Positions 39,426 to 51,851 of a stretch of 64,000 nucleotides of DNA are shown here, piece after piece. The stretch lies in assembly GCF_002854065.1 (NCBI RefSeq), contig NZ_CP024147.1. One strand, 5' to 3'. Position 1 is the first letter of the stretch, and each line of letters starts with the position of its first letter. Made by a program: the position numbers and the translations under genes. The stretch is from Escherichia coli (GTDB lineage Bacteria > Pseudomonadota > Gammaproteobacteria > Enterobacterales > Enterobacteriaceae). Under the pieces are notes generated by a model, which ran no database searches, was not told the DNA's origin, and saw only the letters and a list, made by a program, of their open reading frames with translations.

Positions 39426-40616
39426 TTACAGCACTGCCACAATCGCTTCGCACAGCGGAGCCATATTATCTGGTGTCATCCCGGCCACGTTTACGCGACC
39501 AGAAGCAACAGCATACACGCCAAACTCTCCGCGCAGACGCAGCACTTGTTCTTTTGTCAGGCCACTGAAGGAGAACATGCCGTTCTGTTTGATGATAAAG
39601 CTGAAGTCGCGGTTTGCGCCTTTTTCCTGCAGCGTATTGACGAACAACTGACGCATACGCTGAATACGCTGGCGCATATCAGTCAGCTCTTGTTCCCAAA
39701 TCGCACGTAACGCATCGTTGCTCAGGATGGTGGCAACAACAGAAGCGCCGTGTGCTGGTGGGTTAGAGTAGTTAGCGCGAATCGCCGCTTTCATTTGGCT
39801 GAATGCGCGATCAACGGTTTCACTGTCGGCAGCAACCAGAGTACAAGCGCCAACACGCTCGTTGTACAGGCCAAAGTTTTTAGAGTAGGAACTGGCAACA
39901 ATCAGCTCTTTATGCATAGCCGCGAAAGCGCGCAGTCCTTCAGCATCTTCTTCCAGACCACGGGCAAACCCTTGGTAAGCGAAGTCAAACAGCGGTAACC
40001 AGCCTTTCTCAACGGAGAGTTGTGCCAGTGTCTGCCATTGTTCCAGCGTAGGGTCGATACCGGTTGGGTTATGGCAGCAGCCATGGAACAGCACTACATC
40101 GCCAGCCTGAGCTTCGTTCAGACTGTTAATCAGTGCATCGAAGTCAAGGGTGTGATTTTCCGCGTCATAATAAGCGTATTCACGAACTTCCAGACCTGCA
40201 GAGTTAAAGACGCTCTTATGGTTCGGCCAGCTTGGGTTGCTCACCCACACACGCTTAACGCTGGTATTTTTTGCCAGGAAATCGGCAGCTACGCGTAGTG
40301 CGCCAGTGCCCCCCGGAGTCTGTGCCGTGCGAGCACGTTTGTCATTGATCAGGGCGCTACCTTTACCAAATAGCAGTTCCTGAGTGCAGCGACCAAATTC
40401 AGGGATGCCGTCAATGCCGAGGTAATTTTTGGTGGTTTCATTTTCGAGCAGATACTGTTCAGCCTTTTTCACGCTGGTCAGTACCGGGGTTTTGCCCGTC
40501 TCATCTTTATAGACACCAATCCCGAGGTTAATTTTGCCGGGACGTTCATCGGCACGAAACAGATCGGCCAGGCCCAGAATCGGGTCGGCAGGAGCGGCGG
40601 TAATGTTCTCAAACAT
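39426..40616 (-). CDS. aspC: aspartate aminotransferase
   Basis: 396-aa [39 protein letters not shown]... Confidence 0.95.
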   Translation of the reverse strand: MFENITAAPADPILGLADLFRADERPGKINLGIGVYKDETGKTPVLTSVKKAEQYLLENETTKNYLGIDGIPEFGRCTQELLFGKGSALINDKRARTAQTPGGTGALRVAADFLAKNTSVKRVWVSNPSWPNHKSVFNSAGLEVREYAYYDAENHTLDFDALINSLNEAQAGDVVLFHGCCHNPTGIDPTLEQWQTLAQLSVEKGWLPLFDFAYQGFARGLEEDAEGLRAFAAMHKELIVASSYSKNFGLYNERVGACTLVAADSETVDRAFSQMKAAIRANYSNPPAHGASVVATILSNDALRAIWEQELTDMRQRIQRMRQLFVNTLQEKGANRDFSFIIKQNGMFSFSGLTKEQVLRLRGEFGVYAVASGRVNVAGMTPDNMAPLCEAIVAVL

Positions 40617-40744
40617 GACGAGGTTCCATTATGGTTACAGAAGGGAAGTCCGCTATCAGGGTAACGGGAGATTTACAAAATTCCAACTATTACTGATGAA
40701 AACGCAGGCTGTTTTTGCAAGACGTGAGATTGCTCTGGAAGGCA

Positions 40745-40776
40745 TAAAAAAAACAGGACCAACGTCCTGTTTTTTC
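40745..40776 (-). terminator. intrinsic terminator after ompF
   Basis: A-run, CAGGAC-caac-GTCCTG, TTTTTT. Confidence 0.7.
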
Positions 40777-40800
40777 GGCATTTAACAAAGAGGTGTGCTA

Positions 40801-41889
40801 TTAGAACTGGTAAACGATACCCACAGCAACGGTGTCGTCAGAACCTACGCCCAGTTTGTTGTCAGAATCGATCTGGTTGATGATGTAGTCAACATAGGTG
40901 GACATGTTTTTGTTGAAGTAGTAGGTTGCGCCCACTTCAAAGTAGTTCACCAGATCAACATCACCGATACCTTCTACGTCTTTCGCTTTAGATTTGGTGT
41001 AAGCGATGGACGGACGCAGACCGAAATCGAACTGGTATTGCGCAACTAACAGAACGTCTTGCGTTTTGTTGGCGAAGCCGCTGATGTTTGTAAATTTATT
41101 AGTGATCGGCGTAGCGTTACGGGTTTCACCGTAGTTCGCTGCCAGGTAGATGTTGTTCGCGTCATACTTCAGACCAGTAGCCCACTGTTCAGCTTTTTTA
41201 CCGTTGCCAAGAAGTTGAGCTTCTTGCAGGTTGGTACGGTCAGCTGCACCATAAGCACCAACGATACCAAAGCCTTCGTATTCGTAGCTGATAGAACCGC
41301 CAACACCGTCGCCGTTAGAGCGGCGTGCAGTGTCACGCTCGTTTTTACCCAGGTACTGAACAGCGAAGTTCAGGCCATCAACCAGACCAAAGAAGTTGGA
41401 GTTACGATAGGTAGCAACGCCGCCAACACGACCAACGAAGAAGTCATCGCTGTATGCAGTATCACCACCAAATTCTGGCAGCATATCGGTGTAACCCAGT
41501 GCATCATAAACCACACCGTAGTTACGGCCGTAATCGAAAGAACCAACGTCAGCGTATTTAAGACCCGCGAATGCCAGACGCGTTTTGTTACCAGTTTGAG
41601 CGTCAGCGCCTTCAGAGTTGTTACCCTGGAAGTTATATTCCCACTGACCATAACCGGTCAGATCGGAATTGATTTGAGTTTCCCCTTTAAAACCAAGACG
41701 GGCATAGGTCATGTCGCCATTGCCACCGTAACTGTTTTCACCGTTACCCTTGGAGAAATAATGCAGACCGACAGCTTTACCGTACAGATCTACTTTGTTG
41801 CCATCTTTGTTATAGATTTCTGCAGCGTTTGCAGTACCTGCTACTAACAGAGCAGGGACGATCACTGCCAGAATATTGCGCTTCATCAT
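40801..41889 (-). CDS. ompF: outer membrane porin F
   Basis: 362-aa [41 protein letters not shown]..., ending ...GIVYQF. Confidence 0.95.
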   Translation of the reverse strand: MMKRNILAVIVPALLVAGTANAAEIYNKDGNKVDLYGKAVGLHYFSKGNGENSYGGNGDMTYARLGFKGETQINSDLTGYGQWEYNFQGNNSEGADAQTGNKTRLAFAGLKYADVGSFDYGRNYGVVYDALGYTDMLPEFGGDTAYSDDFFVGRVGGVATYRNSNFFGLVDGLNFAVQYLGKNERDTARRSNGDGVGGSISYEYEGFGIVGAYGAADRTNLQEAQLLGNGKKAEQWATGLKYDANNIYLAANYGETRNATPITNKFTNISGFANKTQDVLLVAQYQFDFGLRPSIAYTKSKAKDVEGIGDVDLVNYFEVGATYYFNKNMSTYVDYIINQIDSDNKLGVGSDDTVAVGIVYQF

Positions 41890-42016
41890 TATTTATTACC
41901 CTCATGGTTTTTTTTATGACACCTGCCACTGCCGTCAATAATTTCTGTCAATAAAAATTTACGGAACTATTGATGAGAGTTTGGTGTCTTTATGTGTCTG
42001 CAGGCATCTTTCCATT

Positions 42017-42100
42017 CAAACTAACGTTTCGCTACCGTGAAAGTGATACAAAGATAAAGATTTAGTTTCAAAAAGAAAAAATATGTAACTAAAAGTAAAA
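42017..42100 (-). promoter_or_regulatory. OmpR-binding site cluster (F1-F3 region) of the ompF promoter
   Basis: Reverse complement reads TTTACTTTTAGTTACATATTTTTTCTTTTTGAAACTAAATCTTTATCTTTGTATCACTTTCACGGTAGCGAAACGTTAGTTTG with tandem GTTACA/GAAAC-type motifs, upstream of ompF. Confidence 0.6.
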
Positions 42101-42449
42101 ATTAAGGAACTTTGTGAACACCGTCATATTTCCATAGAGGCGTGATGATATTTACAGCAATTTTTATCTATTTATATGATTTCCTTATATTTAAATTAAC
42201 TAAACGGAAATTTTGTTTCTGATGGAAACTTTATCGACCTGGCACAAAATCCTCTTTCAGACATCCAGAATGCCAAAAAATAGTATGAAAATTGTGCTAT
42301 CAGCTAAGAAAAAACTAATCCGCAATAAGAATGCGGGTTATTTTTTGTGCGTAAATGTTGCAATGTAATATTCCGTAACAGGATGATCGTTATGGCGGGG
42401 TTGCAAATAGATTGATTGACTTAACAAACAGATAACTTGACAGAAAGGA

Positions 42450-42478
42450 TAAAAAAGAGCCAGCGGGTGCTGGCTCTT
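42450..42478 (-). terminator. intrinsic terminator after asnS
   Basis: AAAAAAGAGCCAGC-gggt-GCTGGCTCTT. Confidence 0.65.
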
Positions 42479-42490
42479 ATAGACGCTAAA

Positions 42491-43891
42491 TTAGAAGCTG
42501 GCGTTACGCGGAGTACGTGGGAACGGAATCACATCACGCACGTTTTGCACACCAGTTACGTAAGCAATCAGGCGTTCAAAACCAAGACCGAAACCTGAAT
42601 GCGGAACAGTACCGTAGCGACGCAGATCGCGATACCACCAGTAATCTTCTTTATTCAGGCCCATTTCCAGCATACGCTCGTCCAGCACGTCCAGACGTTC
42701 TTCACGCTGGGAGCCACCAATGATCTCACCGATGCCCGGAGCCAGAACGTCCATAGCCGCAACGGTTTTACCGTCTTCGTTGAGGCGCATATAGAACGCT
42801 TTAATATCTTTCGGATAGTTTTTAACCACTACCGGTGCTTTAAAGTGTTCTTCCGCCAGATAACGCTCATGCTCAGAAGAGAGATCGACGCCCCAGTAAA
42901 CCGGGTTTTCAAACTTCCTGCCGCAGTTTTCGAGAATGGTCACTGCGTCGGTGTAATCCACCTGCGCGAAATCGGCCTCAATGAAGCGTTCCAGACGTGA
43001 AACGGCATCTTTATCTACGCGTTCAGCGAAGAATTTCATGTCGTCAGCGCGTTCTTCGAGAACCGCTTTGAAGACATATTTCAGCATGGCTTCAGCCAGA
43101 CCCGCGATATCGTTCAGGTTAGCAAACGCCACTTCCGGCTCCAGCATCCAGAACTCCGCCAGGTGACGGCTGGTGTTGGAGTTTTCTGCACGGAAAGTCG
43201 GGCCGAAGGTATAAATTTTGGACAATGCGCAAGCGTAGGTTTCACCGTTCAACTGACCAGATACGGTCAGGAAAGACTCTTTACCAAAGAAGTCTTTGTC
43301 GAAATCCACTTTACCCTGATCGTTACGCGGCAGGTTTTCCAGATCCAGCGTAGAAACGCGGAACATTTCGCCAGCACCTTCGGTATCAGACGCAGTAATC
43401 AGTGGCGTTGAAACCCAGAAGAATCCCTGCTCGTTAAAGAAGCGATGCAGCGCCTGCGCCAGCGTATGGCGAACGCGCGCGACGGCACCAATCAGGTTTG
43501 TGCGCGGACGCAGGTGAGCGACTTCACGCAGATACTCAATGCTGTGGCGTTTTGCCGCCATCGGGTAAGTGTCTGGATCTTCAACCCAACCAGCAACTTC
43601 AACCTTGCTGGCCTGAATTTCAAATTGTTGCCCCTGGCCCGGCGACGCCACGACTTTACCCGTCACAATGACCGAGCAACCGGTGGTCAGACGCAGGACG
43701 TCTTCATTGTAATTGGGCAGAGAATTATTGATGACAGCCTGTACAGGATCAAAGCAGGAACCGTCATAAACGGCGAGGAAGGAGATGCCAGCTTTTGAAT
43801 CTCGGCGGGTACGTACCCATCCGCGTACGGTGACTTCGCTGTCAACGGCTACGCGGCCCTGGAGTACGTCGGCTACAGGCACAACGCTCAT
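42491..43891 (-). CDS. asnS: asparaginyl-tRNA synthetase
   Basis: Start at [20 protein letters not shown] (466 aa); class II aaRS. Confidence 0.95.
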
Positions 43892-44013
43892 AATATTCTC
43901 TCTGTTAATAGTCGGAAAAAATAAACACTTGTCCACCCGTAAATGGGGGGGATACCTATGTTACCTGGCATCTGCAATCAGACAAGCAGAATTCGCAAAT
44001 GCAGCGAAAGATT

Positions 44014-44040
44014 TCGGAATTAAAGGTAAAAAAAGGAGCC
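44014..44040 (-). terminator. putative intrinsic terminator after pncB
   Basis: A-run followed by GGAGC-cgatta-GCTCC. Confidence 0.5.
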
Positions 44041-44059
44041 GATTAGCTCCCTGATGATA

Positions 44060-45262
44060 TTAACTGGCTTTTTTAATATGCGGAAGGTCGAACGCTTTGC
44101 GCAGCGCCCGAACAAACGCTTTATCGTGGCAGATAGTTTTGCCAGGGCTGTCAGAAAGTTTCGCCACCGGTTTACCGTTACACTCTACCAACTTAATCAC
44201 AATATTCAGGGGTTTTACCTGGGGGATATCGCAGGTCAGGCGAGTCCCAATACCAAAACTTAATTGCACGCGGGAAGAGAAGTGGCGGTATAGCTCAACC
44301 GCTTTGCGTAAATCCAGATTGTCAGAGAAAACCAGCGTTTTACTCTGTGGATCAATTCCCAGCTTTTCATAATGTGCAATGGCTTTTTCACCCCATTCAA
44401 CCGGGTCGCCAGAGTCATGACGCAGGCCCTGATACCGACTTGCGAACTCGACACCGAAATCACGCAGGAAAGCATCCATAGTGATGCAGTCGGTTAATGC
44501 AATGCCAAGTTGGTCGGGATACTCTTCCAGCCAAGCAGCAAGTGCAGCTCGCTGGCTGTTGGCTAGATCCGGGCTGATTTGCTGATGTGCCTGGAACCAT
44601 TCGTGTGCCTGTGTTCCCATCGGCGTGAGGGAAAGCCGACGCGCCAGATCGTAGTTGCTGGTGCCCACGAACCAGGATTCCTGTTGCAGACGCTTAACGA
44701 TGGCTTCTTGTACTTCGCGAGAAAAACGGCGACGGGTGCCAAAATCCATCAGATGGAAGCGCGACATATCAAGACCGGCGGTTAACGCCGAGAAGTCGAC
44801 TAATTTGCTTTCCAGCGTGTCGAGGGCTTGCGCAACGTCGGCCTGCGGTGAGCGATAGCGATGTACCATTTCACTGATAACCGCCAGCAAAGGAACTTCC
44901 CAGAGGATGACTTCACGCCACGGGCCGCTTAAACGAATATCCAGCTTGCCATTATCGTTGGACACGGTGACTTGTTCCGGGTTAAAGCGGAACTCGCGTA
45001 GCCAGTTAAGATAGTCGGCCTTAAAGAAAGGCAGGGCAGAAAGCCACTGATATTCATCATCCTGCAGGCGCAGGTGCTGCATCGCCTGAACCTGTTCACG
45101 AATAGCATCGGCATAAATACCCAGCAGATCGTCACCTCGGCAACGAAACTCCGCCGCGACATGCACATCGTAATAGTGATGAAACACGGCTTGCTGCATA
45201 TGCAACTTATAAGCATCTGTATCCAGCAACGAGTGCAGAACAGGAGAAGCGAATTGTGTCAT
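44060..45262 (-). CDS. pncB: nicotinate phosphoribosyltransferase
   Basis: Start at [24 protein letters not shown] (400 aa). Confidence 0.9.
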   Translation of the reverse strand: MTQFASPVLHSLLDTDAYKLHMQQAVFHHYYDVHVAAEFRCRGDDLLGIYADAIREQVQAMQHLRLQDDEYQWLSALPFFKADYLNWLREFRFNPEQVTVSNDNGKLDIRLSGPWREVILWEVPLLAVISEMVHRYRSPQADVAQALDTLESKLVDFSALTAGLDMSRFHLMDFGTRRRFSREVQEAIVKRLQQESWFVGTSNYDLARRLSLTPMGTQAHEWFQAHQQISPDLANSQRAALAAWLEEYPDQLGIALTDCITMDAFLRDFGVEFASRYQGLRHDSGDPVEWGEKAIAHYEKLGIDPQSKTLVFSDNLDLRKAVELYRHFSSRVQLSFGIGTRLTCDIPQVKPLNIVIKLVECNGKPVAKLSDSPGKTICHDKAFVRALRKAFDLPHIKKAS

Positions 45263-45291
45263 AGGTGCGCAGTAGCGTCCTCGTACAGGAG

Positions 45292-45309
45292 CGTTTAGTA
45301 CAATAAACA
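45292..45309 (-). promoter_or_regulatory. NadR-like palindromic operator upstream of pncB
   Basis: cGTTTAgtacaaTAAACA palindrome about 30 bp upstream of the pncB start codon. Confidence 0.4.
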
Positions 45310-45527
45310 TCTTCAGGAACTGCTGGAGTATACCTTGTTTCGCAATTTATTGAACCCCGATCACACCATATGCCACCTTTCTGGTCGATGGCATTACGCG
45401 GTGTATGTTATAAAAATGTAGCAATAAAGGCGTTTGTACCTGAAAAGATGAAGATTCTGCATAGCGCGATTTACGCAACAGGAATAGACTGAACACCAGA
45501 CTCTATAAAAGATGCTAAAGGTTATTT

Positions 45528-48140
45528 ATGACTCAACAGCCACAAGCCAAATACCGTCACGATTATCGTGCGCCGGATTACCAGATTACTGATATTGACT
45601 TGACCTTTGACCTCGACGCGCAAAAGACGGTCGTTACCGCGGTCAGCCAGGCTGTCCGTCATGGTGCATCAGATGCTCCGCTTCGTCTCAACGGCGAAGA
45701 CCTCAAACTGGTTTCTGTTCATATTAATGATGAGCCGTGGACCGCCTGGAAAGAAGAAGAGGGCGCACTGGTCATCAGTAATTTGCCGGAGCGTTTTACG
45801 CTTAAGATCATTAATGAAATAAGCCCGGCGGCGAATACGGCGCTGGAAGGGCTTTATCAGTCAGGCGATGCGCTTTGCACCCAGTGTGAAGCCGAAGGTT
45901 TCCGCCATATTACGTATTATCTCGACCGCCCGGACGTGCTGGCGCGTTTTACCACCAAAATTATTGCCGATAAAACCAAATATCCTTTCCTGCTTTCCAA
46001 CGGTAACCGCGTTGCGCAAGGCGAACTGGAAAACGGACGTCATTGGGTACAGTGGCAGGACCCGTTCCCGAAACCGTGCTACCTGTTTGCGCTGGTGGCA
46101 GGCGACTTTGATGTACTGCGCGACACCTTTACCACGCGTTCTGGTCGCGAAGTAGCACTGGAGCTGTACGTCGATCGCGGCAACCTTGATCGCGCGCCGT
46201 GGGCGATGACCTCGCTGAAAAACTCAATGAAATGGGATGAAGAACGCTTCGGCCTGGAGTATGACCTCGACATCTATATGATCGTCGCGGTGGATTTCTT
46301 CAATATGGGCGCAATGGAGAATAAGGGGCTGAATATCTTTAACTCCAAATATGTGCTGGCCCGCACCGATACCGCCACCGACAAAGATTACCTCGATATT
46401 GAACGCGTTATCGGCCATGAATATTTCCATAACTGGACCGGTAACCGAGTGACCTGCCGCGACTGGTTCCAGCTCAGCCTGAAAGAAGGTTTAACCGTCT
46501 TCCGCGATCAGGAATTCAGCTCTGACCTCGGTTCCCGCGCGGTAAACCGTATCAATAATGTGCGCACCATGCGCGGATTGCAGTTTGCGGAAGACGCCAG
46601 CCCGATGGCGCACCCAATCCGCCCGGACATGGTCATTGAGATGAACAACTTCTACACCCTGACTGTTTACGAGAAGGGCGCGGAGGTGATTCGCATGATC
46701 CACACCCTGCTTGGCGAAGAAAATTTCCAGAAAGGGATGCAGCTCTATTTCGAGCGTCATGATGGTAGCGCAGCGACCTGTGACGATTTTGTGCAGGCGA
46801 TGGAAGATGCGTCGAATGTCGATCTCTCCCATTTCCGCCGTTGGTACAGCCAGTCCGGTACGCCGGTTGTGACCGTCAAAGACGACTACAATCCGGAAAC
46901 CGAGCAGTACACCCTGACCATCAGCCAGCGCACGCCAGCCACGCCGGATCAGGCAGAAAAACAGCCGCTGCATATTCCTTTTGCCATCGAATTGTATGAC
47001 AACGAAGGCAAAGTGATCCCGTTGCAGAAAGGCGGTCATCCGGTGAATTCCGTGCTGAACGTCACCCAGGCGGAACAGACCTTTGTTTTTGATAATGTCT
47101 ACTTCCAGCCGGTGCCTGCGCTGCTGTGCGAATTCTCTGCGCCAGTGAAACTGGAATATAAGTGGAGCGATCAGCAACTGACCTTCCTGATGCGTCATGC
47201 GCGTAATGATTTCTCCCGTTGGGATGCGGCGCAAAGTTTGCTGGCAACCTACATCAAGCTGAACGTCGCCCGTCATCAGCAAGGGCAGCCGCTGTCTCTG
47301 CCGGTACATGTGGCTGACGCTTTCCGCGCGGTGCTGCTCGATGAGAAGATTGATCCGGCGCTGGCGGCAGAAATCCTGACGCTGCCTTCTGTCAATGAAA
47401 TGGCTGAACTGTTCGATATCATCGACCCGATTGCTATTGCCGAAGTACGCGAAGCACTCACTCGTACTCTGGCGACTGAACTGGCGGATGAGCTGCTGGC
47501 TATTTACAACGCGAATTACCAGAGCGAGTACCGTGTTGAGCATGAAGATATTGCAAAACGCACTCTGCGTAATGCCTGCCTGCGCTTCCTTGCTTTTGGT
47601 GAAACGCATCTGGCTGACGTGCTGGTGAGCAAGCAATACCATGAAGCAAACAATATGACCGATGCGCTGGCAGCGCTTTCTGCGGCGGTTGCCGCACAGC
47701 TGCCATGCCGTGACGCGCTGATGCAGGAGTACGACGACAAGTGGCATCAGGATGGTCTGGTCATGGATAAATGGTTTATCCTGCAAGCCACCAGCCCGGC
47801 GGCGAATGTGCTGGAGACGGTGCGCGGCCTGTTGCAGCATCGCTCATTTACCATGAGCAACCCGAACCGTATTCGTTCGTTGATTGGTGCGTTTGCGGGC
47901 AGCAACCCGGCAGCGTTCCATGCCGAAGATGGGAGCGGTTACCAGTTCCTGGTGGAAATGCTTACCGACCTGAACAGCCGTAACCCGCAGGTAGCTTCGC
48001 GCCTGATTGAGCCGCTGATTCGCCTGAAACGTTATGATGCCAAACGTCAGGAGAAAATGCGCGCGGCGCTGGAACAGTTGAAAGGGCTGGAAAATCTCTC
48101 TGGCGATCTGTACGAGAAGATCACCAAAGCACTGGCTTAA
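45528..48140 (+). CDS. pepN: aminopeptidase N (M1 family)
   Basis: 870-aa ORF with GAMEN and HEYFHNWTGN (HExxH) zinc motifs. Confidence 0.95.
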   Translation: MTQQPQAKYRHDYRAPDYQITDIDLTFDLDAQKTVVTAVSQAVRHGASDAPLRLNGEDLKLVSVHINDEPWTAWKEEEGALVISNLPERFTLKIINEISPAANTALEGLYQSGDALCTQCEAEGFRHITYYLDRPDVLARFTTKIIADKTKYPFLLSNGNRVAQGELENGRHWVQWQDPFPKPCYLFALVAGDFDVLRDTFTTRSGREVALELYVDRGNLDRAPWAMTSLKNSMKWDEERFGLEYDLDIYMIVAVDFFNMGAMENKGLNIFNSKYVLARTDTATDKDYLDIERVIGHEYFHNWTGNRVTCRDWFQLSLKEGLTVFRDQEFSSDLGSRAVNRINNVRTMRGLQFAEDASPMAHPIRPDMVIEMNNFYTLTVYEKGAEVIRMIHTLLGEENFQKGMQLYFERHDGSAATCDDFVQAMEDASNVDLSHFRRWYSQSGTPVVTVKDDYNPETEQYTLTISQRTPATPDQAEKQPLHIPFAIELYDNEGKVIPLQKGGHPVNSVLNVTQAEQTFVFDNVYFQPVPALLCEFSAPVKLEYKWSDQQLTFLMRHARNDFSRWDAAQSLLATYIKLNVARHQQGQPLSLPVHVADAFRAVLLDEKIDPALAAEILTLPSVNEMAELFDIIDPIAIAEVREALTRTLATELADELLAIYNANYQSEYRVEHEDIAKRTLRNACLRFLAFGETHLADVLVSKQYHEANNMTDALAALSAAVAAQLPCRDALMQEYDDKWHQDGLVMDKWFILQATSPAANVLETVRGLLQHRSFTMSNPNRIRSLIGAFAGSNPAAFHAEDGSGYQFLVEMLTDLNSRNPQVASRLIEPLIRLKRYDAKRQEKMRAALEQLKGLENLSGDLYEKITKALA

Positions 48141-48147
48141 TAAATAA

Positions 48148-48186
48148 CCGAATGGCGGCAATAGCGCCGCCATTCGGGGATTTTAC
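48148..48186. terminator. bidirectional terminator between pepN and ssuB
   Basis: CCGAATGGCGGC-aatagc-GCCGCCATTCGG. Confidence 0.6.
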
Positions 48187-48950
48187 CCCTGTTTTCTCAG
48201 GCGAGTTTCAGACTCACCACGCTGCATTACCCGTTGCAACACTTCCGCTTCCAGCTCCGCTAATCGCACCGACCCTAATCGACGCGGACGAGGGATATCC
48301 ACTGTCAAATCCAGACCAATTTTTCCCTCTTCAATTAATAACACCCGGTCAGCCATTGCTACCGCTTCGCTCACATCATGCGTCACCAACAGTACGGTAA
48401 AGCCGTGCTCCTGCCAAAGTGACACAATCAAATCCTGCATCTCGAGTCGCGTTAAGGCATCCAGCGCCCCGAGCGGTTCATCAAGCAACAATAAACCCGG
48501 TCGATGAATCAACGCTCTTGCCAGCGCCACTCGCTGTTTCTGCCCGCCTGAAAGTGCGGCAGGCCATTCCCCGGCGCGATTCTCCAGTCCTACCGCAGCC
48601 AACGCCCGACGCGCGGCATCGCGCCACTGGCCTTTAAGGCCTAACCCAACGTTATCAATCACCGATTTCCACGGTAGCAGACGCGCATCCTGAAACATCA
48701 TTCGCGTGTCTTCCTGAATTTCAGCCAGCGGTGTGGTGCCCGCTAACACATCGCCAGCGGTTGGCGTTTCCAGACCTGCCAGCAGGCGCAGCAGGGTACT
48801 TTTGCCACCACCGCTGCGGCCCACCACCGCCACAAACTGACCTGCCGGAATATGTAAATCCAGTTGGTTCAGGACGATATTTTCCGCGTAATGTTTGCTT
48901 ACTGCATTGAGCAACAATGGCGTGCCCTGGTTCAGACGAGCAGTATTCAT
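48183..48950 (-). CDS. ssuB: aliphatic sulfonate ABC transporter ATPase
   Basis: 255-aa ORF; Walker [10 protein letters not shown]; signature LSGGQKQR. Confidence 0.9.
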
Positions 48951-49738
48951 ACCGTGGCCTCCTTCAAATGATAAGCCGGGTTCCAGCGCAACCAGAGGCG
49001 CTCTAACAGCTGCGCGCTGACGTCAGCCAGTTTGCCGAGCAGGGCGTAAAGAATAATGGCGACCACCACCACGTCCGTTTGCAAAAACTCCCGCGCATTC
49101 ATCGCCAGATAACCAATGCCTGAATTGGCAGAAATGGTTTCGGCAACAATCAGCGTCAGCCACATCAGGCCCAACGCAAAACGCACGCCGACCATAATTG
49201 AGGGCAGGGCACCAGGCAGGATCACATGGATAAACAGCGGTATGCCGGATAATCCATAGCTACGCGCCATCTCCACCAACCCGCGATCGATATTACGGAT
49301 GCCATGCCAGGTGTTGATATAAATGGGGAATAGCGTACCGAGCGCCACCAGAAAGATTTTTGCGGATTCATCAATGCCAAACCACAAAATCACCAGCGGG
49401 ATCAGCGCCAGATGCGGCACGTTGCGCAACATCTGAATTGAGGTATCCAGCAGTCGCTCACCCCAGCGTGACAGCCCGCTAATCAGTCCCAAAATCAACC
49501 CCAGCGATCCGCCAATTGAAAAGCCAATCAGCGCCCGCCAGGAGCTGATCGCCAGATGCTGCCACAATTCGCCGCTGGCTGAGAGCGTCCAGAACGCCAT
49601 CACCACCCCTTCCGGTGAGGGCAAAATACGCGTCGACAACCAGCCAACCGAGGAGGCCAGTTGCCACACCGCCACGATGCCCACCGGTAAAAACCAGGGG
49701 GCAACGCGCAATAACCACTTCTTCACTGGCGTTGCCAT
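48947..49738 (-). CDS. ssuC: aliphatic sulfonate ABC transporter permease
   Basis: 263-aa membrane ORF; overlaps ssuB by 4 nt. Confidence 0.9.
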
Positions 49739-49749
49739 TATCTTCTTCC

Positions 49750-50895
49750 TTAGCTTTGCGCGACTCTGCGAGGGATAAAATCATTCGCCACCGCTTCGCC
49801 TTGCGGATTCAGCGGCTGCGGCTGGGGAATTTCCGGAATGGCGACATCCAGATGTGGGAACAGCAACTCGCCGACCCGATACGCTTCTTCCAGATGCGGA
49901 TAGCCCGAAAGCATAAAGCTGTCGATGCCAAGCGCGGCATATTCGTTGATTCGCGCAGCGACCGTAGGACCATCGCCCACCAGCGCCGTCCCGGCACCGC
50001 CGCGCACTAAGCCAACGCCCGCCCATAAATTGGGGCTGATCTCCAGATTGTCGCGCTTGCCGTTATGTAGCGCTGCCATTCGCTGTTGCCCCACGGAATC
50101 CGTGCGGGCGAATGCGGCTTGTGCTTTGGCGATAGTCTCATCATCAAGATGCGAGATTAACCGCTCGGCGGCCTGCCACGCTTCGTCGTTAGTTTCACGA
50201 ACAATCACATGCAGACGAATGCCGAAACGAATTTTGCGTCCATGCGCGGCAGCTTTCGCCCGCACTTGTTCGATTTTCTCTTTAACCAGTTCTGGCGGTT
50301 CGCCCCAGGTGAGGTAGAGATCAACTTGTTCTGCCGCCAGCTCCTGGGCGACGTCTGACGATCCGCCAAAGTAAAGCGGAGGATACGGCTGTTGAATCGG
50401 CGGGAAGAGCAGTTTGGCTCCCCGCACATGAATATGTTTACCGTTGAAATCGACGGTTTCCCCCAGCAATAAGCGCCGCCAGACCTGGGTAAATTCCGCC
50501 GAGGCTTCGTAGCGCTCACTATGATCAAGGAACACGCCGTCGCCTGCCAGTTCTTGTGGATCGCTGCCTGTGACCAGGTTAAACAACGCACGTCCATTTG
50601 AGAGACGGTCAAGCGTGGCGGCCTGGCGGGCGGCAACGGTAGGTGAGGTTACGCTGGGACGCAGGGCGACAAGAAACTTCAGCCTCTGCGTCACCGGGAT
50701 CATCGATGCGGCAACCAGCCACGCATCTTCGCAGGAGCGCCCCGTTGGGATCAGCACACCGGTATAGCCAAGACGATCCGCCGCTTGCGCAATTTGTTGC
50801 AGATAACCGTGATCAACCGGGCGTGAACCTTCTTCCGTTCCCAGATAATGCCCGTCACCATGGGTCGGTAAAAACCAGAACATATTCAGACTCAT
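49750..50895 (-). CDS. ssuD: FMNH2-dependent alkanesulfonate monooxygenase
   Basis: 381-aa [23 protein letters not shown]... (luciferase-like). Confidence 0.9.
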   Translation of the reverse strand: MSLNMFWFLPTHGDGHYLGTEEGSRPVDHGYLQQIAQAADRLGYTGVLIPTGRSCEDAWLVAASMIPVTQRLKFLVALRPSVTSPTVAARQAATLDRLSNGRALFNLVTGSDPQELAGDGVFLDHSERYEASAEFTQVWRRLLLGETVDFNGKHIHVRGAKLLFPPIQQPYPPLYFGGSSDVAQELAAEQVDLYLTWGEPPELVKEKIEQVRAKAAAHGRKIRFGIRLHVIVRETNDEAWQAAERLISHLDDETIAKAQAAFARTDSVGQQRMAALHNGKRDNLEISPNLWAGVGLVRGGAGTALVGDGPTVAARINEYAALGIDSFMLSGYPHLEEAYRVGELLFPHLDVAIPEIPQPQPLNPQGEAVANDFIPRRVAQS

Positions 50896-51851
50896 AATTG
50901 TTTTCCTTCCAGTTGAGTGGGCTGCCAGATGCGTTGGCGAATATCGACTTTTTTCGGCACCAGACGGTTTTCATAAAACAGATCTGCCGTTTGCTGCTGT
51001 AAGGCGGCAACCTCGGCGTTAACCGGTTTGATGGTGGTAGGTGGGCGATGATCTAAGTAAGAGGCAATCACCGGTGCCGGTAAGCCCATCGTTTTTGCCA
51101 GTAAAGCGATGCTTTGCTCGCGCTGGCTGCGGGTTAACGCATCGGCCTCACTAAAGGTTGCCAGTACACCCTGAATAAAAGCGCCGTTTTTTTCTGCATA
51201 GGGGCGAGCTGCCAGATAAAACGCTCCGGTTTGATTGAGATCGGTGCCGTCTTTCAACACCCGCACGCCGCCCTGTAATAATGCAGCGGAGTAGTAGGGA
51301 TCCCAGATAGCCCAGGCGTCAACGTTACCTTGCTGGAACGCGGCGCGGGCATCAGCTGGCGTCAGATAAGTAGGCTGGATGTCAGTAAACTTAAGTCCGG
51401 CCTGGCGTAGTGCGCGCAGTAAAAGATTGTGTGAACTGGAACCTTTCTGGAACGCAACTTTGTGGCCTTTAAGATCGGCTACGGTTTTGATCGGGCTGTT
51501 TTCTGCCACCAGAATCACCTCGGCTTTTGGCTTTGGCGGCTCGACGCCCACATATACCAAATCAGCCCCGGCAGCCTGGGCAAAGATTGGCGGAATATCC
51601 CCGGTACTGCCGAGATCAATACTGCCAACGTTTAACGCCTCAAGCATTTGCGGGCCAGCGGGGAACTCCACCCACGAGATTTTTGTTTGCGGATAGCGTT
51701 TTTCCAGCATTTGGTAATTTTTCGCCAGCACCGAACTGATGTTGCTTTTCTGATAGCCAATCCTTAACGCCTCTGGCGAAGACTCTGCGGCAACCGCGAG
51801 TGTAGAGACGCTAAGTAAACCCGCTAGCGCCAGTTTAATGATCTTACGCAT
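50892..51851 (-). CDS. ssuA: aliphatic sulfonate periplasmic binding protein
   Basis: Start at [21 protein letters not shown] (signal peptide), 319 aa; overlaps the ssuE stop. Confidence 0.85.
   Translation of the reverse strand: MRKIIKLALAGLLSVSTLAVAAESSPEALRIGYQKSNISSVLAKNYQMLEKRYPQTKISWVEFPAGPQMLEALNVGSIDLGSTGDIPPIFAQAAGADLVYVGVEPPKPKAEVILVAENSPIKTVADLKGHKVAFQKGSSSHNLLLRALRQAGLKFTDIQPTYLTPADARAAFQQGNVDAWAIWDPYYSAALLQGGVRVLKDGTDLNQTGAFYLAARPYAEKNGAFIQGVLATFSEADALTRSQREQSIALLAKTMGLPAPVIASYLDHRPPTTIKPVNAEVAALQQQTADLFYENRLVPKKVDIRQRIWQPTQLEGKQL

Noticed and set aside
41059-41847. 262-aa ORF on the plus strand
   Set aside because: Antisense to ompF.
46491-47840. 449-aa ORF on the minus strand
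   Set aside because: Antisense to pepN.
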